Shown piece after piece: positions 50,661 through 62,000 of a stretch of 64,000 nt of DNA (positions are counted from its first letter, which is position 1; every line of letters begins with the position of its first letter). The notes under the pieces were generated by a model that saw nothing but the letters and a program-made list of their open reading frames with translations, made no database searches and was not told where the DNA came from. The stretch spans positions 1,844,303 to 1,908,302 of the forward strand of contig CM082582.2 of assembly GCA_040954595.2 (NCBI GenBank), read 5' to 3'. Source of the stretch: Balanoglossus misakiensis. Its lineage: Eukaryota; Animalia; Hemichordata. Position numbers and translations under genes: made by a program.

Positions 50661-52055
50661 TTTTGATGATCTGACAAGAGGGGTAAACAACGACAATCTA
50701 TCATGTACAAACATTCATTTCATTTTTACAAAACCATAAGTAGTTCTGAACGTGTTTACTTGGCTTGGCTAAAAAAATAAGGCCACACATAACATCAAAC
50801 AAATCAAACTATCTTGCCAAGTTGTTTCAGGAATCCTGAAGCGTTAGATCTGTGGATACTTTACAAGAACGCAGCTCACTAAAAAGTTAACACTATTTAA
50901 TGAGTGTTCAGAGGTGGCCACTTTGGATTGTTACAGGCTGATCTGAACAAAGTCATCTACACAGTGGGCCACAGCTTAACTTGTTCATCAATATCCATTG
51001 TTTCAGTTCACCATTTGACACCTTTAAGGTGTTGACAAACAGGACAGGAAGCTGTCCATAAGAGATGACAAACACAAGTGAAGTGATTCCTGATTGCAAA
51101 GCACTGTCTGTATACTGGTAACTCAAAGACACTCAAAAAGGACAATCTATCATGTGCAAAATTAATTTTCCCAAACCAGCAGTGGTTTCTAAATGAACAT
51201 GTATATACTTACAAATTAGACAACGGTCACACTTGAAGGCAAATTTTAGTGGATCACCTCACTGGAAATGCTGGTTGATCACGTGGATACTGATAGTACT
51301 GAGAAAAGAAAAAAAAAATCATGAAATAGCCATGTAATAACTCATATACTCACATTTATATGAATTAAACACTACATTAAACACCTCATTGCAATCTATA
51401 CATTACAATTTACAGATAAACGAATATCAGGCAGCCGTTTGAGGTTTCCCCATATTAATGGATCTGCAGAAATAATTTCTAGACCTCACACCACAATGCA
51501 TTATCTTTCAGGAATCCCAAAGTATTAGATGTATGAATGATTTTTCACTGTTGAAAAGTACCTAGTTTTCCAAATGTTATCACTTAATTTTGACCATGTA
51601 CCTCCATGTTTTGACAGACACATTTGAGACACTTCTGAAATGTTCATAGTCAGATACTGGCATAAACAATAAAATCTAAATAATGGTCCACAGTGGTCCT
51701 GCCACAGCTTAGATTTGCAGACTTCTAGTTGTTCCCACCAATTGACACCTTTTAGGTGTTGACAAACATGATAGGAAGATATCCACCTGAGATAACACCT
51801 GTCAACAGTGATTCCTGATTGCAAAGCAATGATAGGGCTTCGAACAAGATCGACGAAGAAAAACAAGCGTCAAGTTTCACTGATAGCTTTATTACTAGTA
51901 AAAAGTTGATTGATCTGCACATCGAGGATCATTGAAACCCTGCATACTCTGTAGTTGGACTGATCTTGTTTTTTATTCAACAAACTTGAACAAGATCGTC
52001 ATTCCAGCACCATCTGTAGCTGCAATGATTGTAGCGAGGCGACCGTAGCGAGCAG

Positions 52056-52144
52056 TAGATTTGCGTACATGTCTGTGTGTTCCCGGGGTTACACGGCCTC
52101 CACCCGTGTAACGCCGGGAACACACAGACATGTACGCAGAGCTA
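52056..52144. mobile_element. Second copy of the TAG..CTA hairpin mini-transposon
   Basis: TAGATTTGCGTACATGTCTGTGTGTTCCCGG...CCGGGAACACACAGACATGTACGCAGAGCTA. Flanks AGCGAGCAG / AGCGAGTGG (7/9). Confidence 0.8.
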
Positions 52145-52270
52145 AGCGAGTGGGTGCTTGCAACTTGACTATTGTTCGCCATTAGCAGCTAGCAGCCCGC
52201 TACAACCATTGCAGCTATCAGTTAACTAGGCAACTAACAAGATACAGCTCACGAATTCTCTATAGCTTAC

Positions 52271-52721
52271 CTTAATCATTGACGAAAAGAGAGCCGGTTT
52301 AGTAATCGAGCCTGAACACGTTGAAGTTGACTTGGCAGATCAGCTGGCAGAGCGCGCGAGAGATGTTGATGTCATCAGCGGACACCGGAAGTGCACTTCA
52401 ATACATCCTCAATCACTGCCGCAAATACTCAAATAAAATAAAATACAAAACATACTGCAGTAGAGTACCTCAGATTTGATATAAATGAGACATAGCAAAC
52501 ATTTTTGAGTAATTACTTTTGTTAGCAAAAAAAAGGAAAGATAAAGGCACATTGTGATGATTTTTGACAGTTTGCTCGGAAATAAATTTTTCGTACGAGG
52601 ATACCCACAAGTCATTGCGTGATTTGTTCTATATAAGGGTGCCGACCTTGCGGGAAATATAAACAATCTGTTTTGCAAACATAGCGTACAAGTACTATCC
52701 TATCCAGTCTCCGCAAACATC
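52271..52721. promoter_or_regulatory. Candidate bidirectional promoter of the CACTA element
   Basis: Lies between the divergent genes. ETS-like ACCGGAAGTG (52384), TATATAA (52630), E2F-like GCGGGAAA (52650). Motif matches only. Confidence 0.4.
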
Positions 52722-55068
52722 ATGCCGTCACCATGAGTCATCAACGAGTTGACGTCGTCTTCACCAAGTGGTAGCTGCGATCGTGTTGAAGACGAAATGA
52801 TGACCATCAGTAGAAGCGAATTTCAACGTCTTTTGAAAAACCAGGAAGAAATGTTAAAGAAGCAGCGCCTACTAGAAGAAAAACTTAGTACCGAAACAAA
52901 CGCTAGAAGGAAGATCAGGCCATCCGTGAGAGTGAAGGTAAGAATATATGTTTTATACGGGACATTGTTTTGGGCAACGGGTCATTCTGGTCAACCAGTT
53001 GTTTTTTCTTTTTCGGCCCAGGTCGTTTCATCCGATTGTTACAACCAGGACACTGTTTAATTTCTACACTAACCAGCGTAGCCCTGCGCACAGGTCTGTG
53101 TTTGCCGGCGTTTACTCAACCGTGTAACGCCGGAAACACAACCTGCACATGTACGCTGGGCTATTTGTGACGCTAGCTTAGCAGATCGGGCTAGCCACGG
53201 TTACTAGAGTTTCCCAACCGTCTCTTTCTAGTAACCGTGGGCTAGCTTACCTATTTGTGACGCTAGCTTAGATCGGGCCATATGATCGGGCTAGGAAAAT
53301 TGGAAACATATCGTCCGCTCGCACAGGTCGTATTACGAGTATTCCCAAGTCTGGGCCGAAACAACCGGGTCGTGAGAATTGGAGGCCAAAATCGACGAAA
53401 ATGTTAGTGGCCACCGTTTATTTTTGCCACGGTTGCAGTAGGGTACGCCAGCCGCAAAAAATAGATCACCGAATAAAGTCATGACCCTTGACATTTGCTG
53501 TGGCGCGAGTGAACACATTGCCTGGGTCCTGGGAATGTTTATCATGTGTGAAGAATAAACTGCTCAGTTCAATACATACCCTATCCTGTTGATTGATCCC
53601 AGGTGTTTCTTTTCACCTTTGACATTTGCTCATGGTGGCTAACACACTACCTGGGAATGTTTACTGTGATGATAATCATGTGTGAAGAATAAACTACCAT
53701 TTAAGATATTGTACTTGTTGAGCTCAAGTCTGATATCTGTTGTCTTTTATTGCAGAAAGCAGTTCATGATGTTTACAATGGGCTTGTAGAAAATGACAAG
53801 AATTGGGACACAACAAAGCCGTAAGTATTTCAATCACAAAGCACACATAGGCGTGCAATTTTGCCAACATATCCATGTATCATTGATTGTGAATATAACC
53901 TTTATTTTAAATGAGTTCATCTTGCCGTTGGAATGCCAACCATATAAAGCCAGAGTGTAGCAGTAAATATTTGAATGCAGCTTCATATGTTTTGTTTTAT
54001 TTTGGTATTGGTACTGTTTGGTGTGGAGGGGTCTGACTGTTGCTAACATCATTTCTTTCAGATTTGGTCATCAAGTTAATAGAGAAGTTAATGAAGAAAT
54101 CAAGAAAGCTGTTAAAAATCAACTGAATGAGGAGGAAGCAGTTATTCAGGGTGAGTTTATTTTTATGGTACTTGCTAGTATTCTGGTTATATAATGCCTC
54201 CTGCTGTGTCTTAAAGAGGAAATCAAATGTAGATGGGGTGTTAAGAAACATAATTTTCAGAATATATTTCACTTGTATTAATCCAGTTGCCTCAACTTCT
54301 TTTTTTTTAGTTGCAATGAGGACATACTTCTTTACCAAAAGAAAAGAAAAGAAGAGACAGACTTCTGGAAAAGCAGACATATTCAGAGTCAAACAGGCCA
54401 GAAGGCAAAGGAAGCAGCAGGTAATGTGACACTATTGTGCTTATTGACATCGATTCAATGTACATATTAGTTAAATAATTCAAGATCTCATAACCTTCGA
54501 AAGCAATGCTTATAAATTGTCAAATGACATGAAATACTAATCCAGTGTGGTGCTGGTAACTTTTTAGTGGATATTTTATTGTTAGTAGCCGATCAGGACA
54601 ACCCAGAAATAAGTTTCACTGCCAAACATTGTAGGAAGGCATGTACAATGTATGGAAAAATAAATACATGTATATATTTTTTTCTTCCAGAAACTAACAA
54701 GGAGAAGGGAAATTCTAAACAAATCTACATCTATAGAAGAGGACCAGAGACAGAAATTGAAAGCTGTCATGTCAACTCAATACATGTCCAGCGAGGATAC
54801 AGATTCATTCGCAGAGTTTTCATCATCTGATGATGATGACTTGAGGGTCACCAGAAAGGCCAAGCCACTGAGAAGGAGACGATTGCTATGGCGGTCAAAG
54901 TTTGTCAATGAAGCATTCTCACTGCTCGACAAAAGGCACGAAAAAAGGTTAAACAAAATGGGGGGTGGGTTTATTCACGAAAGGAGGGATGGGATAGGGT
55001 CGGACAGGCCTGTGCCTGAAGGTGCACCAAGTTGGGCAGTGAAGGAGTCTTACATTGACAAACTTTGA
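52722..55068 (+). CDS. Spliced accessory (TnpA-position) gene of the CACTA element; exons 52722-52937, 53756-53820, 54062-54150, 54311-54420, 54691-55068
   Basis: All four introns are GT-AG and phases join in one frame (858 nt). The product has a coiled coil, a basic RRQRKQQK..RR segment and YMSSED...WRS...LD...P.WAV motifs. Codon 5 is TGA, so the copy is either disabled or starts at ATG 52797. Confidence 0.8.
53079..53163. mobile_element. Third, more diverged copy of the hairpin mini-transposon (intron 1)
   Basis: TAGCCCTGCGCACAGGTCTGTG...CATGTACGCTGGGCTA. No clear TSD. Confidence 0.65.
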
Positions 55069-55390
55069 TCGCCATGTGAGAGGCTCCTTCTCAGTGTTGC
55101 TGGTTCCTTTCATTTTGTTTAATATTGTATCATTTATTTTGTACTGTTTTTATTGATTATACTTGTTGTCTGCCATATTTTTTCTATATAAACTTTTTAA
55201 CTTATTTTTATTGTATTGCCAACCTTTCTTTCAAGTGTATTTTTCAGTTATATTATTTATTTGTAAACTTCCCTTTTGTATTTGAATTAAATATGTTAAT
55301 TTTAGAACTTTTGCTTTAATTGCATTTTTCCTGGTTGTAAGTGTGTGTCTGATGGGAGTTACCATGTGCAGTGCTGACAGATGGGTTGAC

Positions 55391-55680
55391 CAACTTTTGA
55401 ACCCCCTGTTGTACACTACTGAAAGTAGCTGCTTTTGGAATGCTGGCAAATGTGGTTATTTTGACAACATTTGTCTAGGTTAAAATATGGGAGCATACAT
55501 GACCACCTTTGCCCAACTTTTGAACCCCCTGTTGTACACTACTGAAAGTAGCTGCTTTTGGAACGCTGGCAAATGTGGTTATTTTGACAACATTTGTCTA
55601 GGTTAAAATATGGGAGCATACATGACCACCTTTGCCCAACTTTTGAACCCCCTGTTGTACACTACTGAAAGTAGCTGCTT
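55391..55680. repeat. Subterminal tandem repeat, 123 bp x ~2.4
   Basis: CAACTTTTGAACCCC at 55391, 55514 and 55637. Confidence 0.95.
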
Positions 55681-56077
55681 GTTCACTGTGTGTGTATAAG
55701 GTTACAAGTACTGCTTTTACCAGATGTGATAATGCCATGAATATGCTGTGTATATGATGTCCTATGTCCAACAGTTTACGCCTTTGTAAATATTGAATCA
55801 GAATTGCCTTTATGGTGTAGAAAAAGTACCTAAGGATATTACAGTTTGCCTGTATGTAAAAGCTGAAAGAAAGTAAGACACATCTTCACATATTTACTCC
55901 CTTTTCCATAATCATCAAACGTGGTACTTATATTTCCTGCACCCAGGTAGTCAAACACATGGAAAAGGTACAAATGTGAACAGAGAAATAGGAGGTACTA
56001 TGCGGTCAAAGATATTACTTTAACATCTTTTACCTGGTACTTTGCCCACCCTGTTAAATATGTTTTTTGGTACAGTG

Positions 56078-59000
56078 ATGGACATGAATGCAAGAATGGA
56101 CACAGATCATTTATGAAGTCAATGTGAACAACTTTACTTGAATTCAGTACATTGTAAATAGAATACTACAGTTGTAATAATTTGTCTGATCACAATATGT
56201 CTATAGACACATCACGTCCATGGACATGAATGCATGAATGAACACAGATCATTTATGAAGTCAATGTGAATAACTTTACTTGAAATCAGTACATTGTAAA
56301 CAGAAAACCACAGTTGTAATAATTTGTCTGGTCACAATATGTCTATAGACACTTCACGTCCATGGACATGAATGCAAGAATGGACACAGATCATTTATGA
56401 AGGCAATGTGAACAACTTTACTTGAAGTCGGTACATTGTAAACTTAATACCACAGTTGTAATAATTTGTCTGGTCACAATATGTCTATGGACACATCATG
56501 TACATGGACATGAATGCAAGAATGGACACAGATCATTTATGACGTTAATGTGAACAACTTTACTTCAAGTCAGTACATAGTAAACAGAATACCAGAGTTG
56601 TAATAATTTGTCTGATCTCAATATGTCTATAGACACATCACGTCCATGGACATGAATGCAAGAATGGACACAGATCATTTATGAAGTCAATGTGAACAAC
56701 TTTACTTGAAGTCAGTAAATTGTAAACAGAATACCAGAGTTGTAATAATTTGTCAGATCACAATATGTCTATAGACACATCATGTAAATTGACATGAATG
56801 CAAGAATGGACACAGATCATTTATGAAGTCAATATGAACAACTTTATTTGAAGTCAGTACATTGTAAACAGAATACCACAGTTGTAATAATTTGTCTGAT
56901 CACAATATGTCTATAGACACATCATGTACATGGACATGAGTGCAAGAATGGACACAGATCATTTATGAAGTCATTATGAACAACTTTATTTGAAGTCAGT
57001 ACATTGTAAACAGAATACCACAGTTGTAATAATTTGTCTGATCACAATATGTCTATAGACACATCACATCCATGGACATGAATGCAAGAATGGACACAGA
57101 TCATTTATGAAGTCAATGTGAACAACTTTACTTGAAGTCAGTAAATTGTAAACAGAATGCAAGAGTTGTAATAATTTGTCCGATCACAAAATGTCTATAG
57201 ACACATCACGTACATGAACATGAATACAAGAATGGACACAGATCATTTATGAAGTCAATGTGAACATCTTTACTTGAAGTCAGTACATTGTAAACAGAAT
57301 ATTAGAGATGTAATAATTTGTCTGATCACAATATGTCTGTCGACACATCACGTACATGGACATGAATGCAATAATGGACACAGATCATTTATGAAGTCAA
57401 TGTGAACAACTTTACTTGAAGTCAGTACATTCTAAACAGAATACCAGAGTTGCAATAATTTGTCTGATCACAATATGTCTATAGACACATCACGTACATG
57501 GACATGAATGCAAGAATGGACACAGATCATTTATGAAGTCAATGTGAACAACTTTACTTGAAGTCAGTACATTGTAAACAGAATACCACAGTTGTAATAA
57601 TTTGTCTGATCACAATATGTCTATAGACACATCACGTCCATGGACATGAATGCATGAATGGACACAGATCATTTATGAAGTCAATGTGAACAACTTTACT
57701 TGAAGTCAGTACATTCTAATCAGAATACCAGAGTTGCAATAATTTGTCTGGTCACAATATGTCTATAGACACATCACGTACATGGACATGAATGCAAGAA
57801 TGGACACAGATCATTTATGAAGTCAATGTGAACAACTTTACTTGAAGTCAGTACATTGTAAACAGAATACCACAGTTGCAATAATTTGTCCGATCACAAA
57901 ATGTCTATAGACACATCACGTACATGAACATGAATGCAAGAATGGACACAGATCATTTATGAAGTCAATGTGAACATCTTTACTTGAAGTCAGTACATTG
58001 TAAACAGAATATTAGAGATGTAATAATTTGTCTGATCACAATATGTCTGTCGACACATCACGTACATGGACATGAATGCAAGAATGGACACAGATCATTT
58101 ATGAAGTCAATGTGAACAACTTTACTTGAAGTCAGTACATTCTAAACAGAATACCAGAGTTGCAATAATTTGTCTGATCACAATATATCTATAGACACAT
58201 CACGTACATGGACATGAATGCAAGAATGGACACAGATCATTTATGAAGTCAATGTGAACAACTTTACTTGAAGTCAGTAAATTGTAAACAGAATACCAGA
58301 GTTGTAATAATTTGTCTGGTCACAATATGTCTATAGACACATCACGTACATGGACATGAATGCAAGAATGGACACAGATCATTTATGAAGTCAATGTGAA
58401 CAACTTTACTTGAAGTCAGTACATTGTAAACAGAATACCACAGTTGTAATAATTTGTCTGATAACAATATGTCTATAGACACATCACGTACATGGACATG
58501 AATGCAATAATGGACACAGATCATTTATGAAGTCAATGTGAACAACTTTACTTGAAGTCAGTACATTCTAAACAGAATACCAGAGTTGCAATAATTTGTC
58601 TGATCACAATATGTCTATAGACACATCACGTACATGGACATGAATGCAAGAATGGACACAGATCATTTATGAAGTCAATGTGAACAACTTTACTTGAAGT
58701 CAGTACATTGTAAACAGAATACCACAGTTGTAATAATTTGTCTGATCACAATATGTCTATAGACACATCACGTCCATGGACATGAATGCATGAATGGACA
58801 CAGATCATTTATGAAGTCAATGTGAACAACTTTACTTGAAGTCAGTACATTCTAAACAGAATACCAGAGTTGCAATAATTTGTCTGGTCACAATATGTCT
58901 ATAGACACATCACGTACATGGACATGAATGCAAGAATGGACACAGATCATTTATGAAGTCAATGTGAACAACTTTACTTGAAGTCAGTACATTGTAAACA

Positions 59001-62000
59001 GAATACCACAGTTGCAATAATTTGTCCGATCACAAAATGTCTATAGACACATCACGTACATGAACATGAATGCAAGAATGGACACAGATTATTTATGAAG
59101 TCAATGTGAACATCTTTACTTGAAGTCAGTACATTGTAAACAGAATATTAGACATGTAATAATTTGTCTGATCACAATATGTCTGTCGACACATCACGTA
59201 CATGGACATGAATGCAAGAATGGACACAGATCATTTATGAAGTCAATGTGAACAACTTTACTTGAAGTCAGTACATTCTAAACAGAATACCAGAGTTGCA
59301 ATAATTTGTCTGATCACAATATATCTATAGACGCATCACGTACATGGACATGAATGCAAGAATGGACACAGATCATTTATGAAGTCAATGTGAACAACTT
59401 TACTTGAAGTCAGTAAATTGTAAACAGAATACCAGAGTTGTAATAATTTGTCTGGTCACAATATGTCTATAGACACATCACGTACATGGACATGAATGCA
59501 AGAATGGACACAGATCATTTATGAAGTCAATGTGAACAACTTTACTTGAAGTCAGTACATTGTAAACAGAATACCACAGTTGTAATAATTTGTCTGATAA
59601 CAATATGTCTATAGACACATCACGTACATGAACATGAATGCAAGAATGGACACAGATCATTTATGAAGTCAATGTGAACAACTTTACTTGAAGTCAGTAC
59701 ATTGTAAACAGAATACCACAGTTGTAATAATTTGTCTGATCACAATATGTCTATAGACACATCACGTCCATGAACATGAATGCAAGAATTGGACACAGAT
59801 CATTTATGAAGTCAATGTGAACAACTTTACTTGAAGTCAGTACATTGTAAACAGAATACCACAGTTGTAATAATTTGTCTGGTCACAATATGTCTATAGA
59901 CACATCACGTCCATGGACATGAATGCAAGAATGGACACAGATTATTTATGAAGTCAATGTGAACAACTTTACTTGAATTCAGTACATTGTAAATAGAATA
60001 CCACAGTTGTAATAATTTGTCTGATCACAATATGTCTATAGACACATCATGTACATGGACATGAATGCAAGAATGGACACAGATCATTTATGAAGTCAAT
60101 GTGAACAACTTTACTTGAATTCAGTACATTGTAAATAGAATACTACAGTTGTAATAATTTGTCTGATCACAATATGTCTATAGACACATCACGTCCATGG
60201 ACATGAATGCATGAATGAACACAGATCATTTATGAAGTCAATGTGAATAACTTTACTTGAAATCAGTACATTGTAAACAGAAAACCACAGTTGTAATAAT
60301 TTGTCTGGTCACAATATGTCTATAGACACTTCACGTCCATGGACATGAATGCAAGAATGGACACAGATCATTTATGAAGGCAATGTGAACAACTTTACTT
60401 GAAGTCGGTACATTGTAAACTTAATACCACAGTTGTAATAATTTGTCTGGTCACAATATGTCTATGGACACATCATGTACATGGACATGAATGCAAGAAT
60501 GGACACAGATCATTTATGACGTTAATGTGAACAACTTTACTTCAAGTCAGTACATAGTAAAAAGAATACCAGAGTTGTAATAATTTGTCTGATCTCAATA
60601 TGTCTATAGACACATCACATCCATGGACATGAATGCAAGAATGGACACATATCATTTATGAAGTCAATGTGAACAACTTTACTTGAAGTCAGTAAATTGT
60701 AAACAGAATACCAGAGTTGTAATAATTTGTCAGATCACAATATGTCTATAGACACATCATGTAAATTGACATGAATGCAAGAATGGACACAGATCATTTA
60801 TGAAGTCAATATGAACAACTTTATTTGAAGTCAGTACATTGTAAACAGAATACCACAGTTGTAATAATTTGTCTGATCACAATATGTCTATAGACACATC
60901 ATGTACATGGACATGAGTGCAAGAATGGACACAGATCATTTATGAAGTCATTATGAACAACTTTATTTGAAGTCAGTACATTGTAAACAGAATACCACAG
61001 TTGTAATAATTTGTCTGATCACAATATGTCTATAGACACATCACGTCCATGGACATGAATGCATGAATGGACACAGATCATTTATGAAGTCAATGTGAAC
61101 AACTTTACTTGAAGTCAGTAAATTGTAAACAGAATACCACAGTTGTAATAATTTGTCTGATCACAATATGTCTATAGACACATCACGTACATGGACATGA
61201 ATGCAAGAATGGACACAGATCATTTATGAAGTCAATGTGAACAACTTTACTTGAAGTCAGTACATTGTAAACAGAATACCACAGTTGTAATAATTTGTCT
61301 GATCACAATATGTCTATAGACACATCACGTCCATGGACATGAATGCATGAATGGACACAGATCATTTATGAAGTCAATGTGAACAACTTTACTTGAAGTC
61401 AGTACATTCTAAACAGAATACCAGAGTTGCAATAATTTGTCTGGTCACAATATGTCTATAGACACATCACGTACATGGACATGAATGCAAGAATGGACAC
61501 AGATCATTTATGAAGTCAATGTGAACAACTTTACTTGAAGTCAGTACATTGTAAACAGAATACCACAGTTGCAATAATTTGTCCGATCACAAAATGTCTA
61601 TAGACACATCACGTACATGAACATGAATGCAAGAATGGACACAGATCATTTATGAAGTCAATGTGAACATCTTTACTTGAAGTCAGTACATTGTAAACAG
61701 AATATTAGAGATGTAATAATTTGTCTGATCACAATATGTCTGTCGACACATCACGTACATGGACATGAATGCAAGAATGGACACAGATCATTTATGAAGT
61801 CAATGTGAACAACTTTACTTGAAGTCAGTACATTCTAAACAGAATACCAGAGTTGCAATAATTTGTCTGATCACAATATATCTATAGACACATCACGTAC
61901 ATGGACATGAATGCAAGAATGGACACAGATCATTTATGAAGTCAATGTGAACAACTTTACTTGAAGTCAGTAAATTGTAAACAGAATACCAGAGTTGTAA

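Larger units (their letters stand above)
42182..56077 (-). mobile_element. EnSpm/CACTA DNA transposon, ~13.9 kb
   Basis: Termini CACTATACCAAA / TTTGGTACAGTG (11/12 inverted). Subterminal GGGTGGGYAAAGT motif inverted at both ends. Tnp2-type transposase plus a second gene. Satellite abuts both ends. No TSD (AA vs AT). Confidence 0.92.

Noticed and set aside
53997-54830. ORF-track proteins overlapping the accessory gene
   Set aside because: Intron read-through or antisense frames. The spliced model explains the coding parts.
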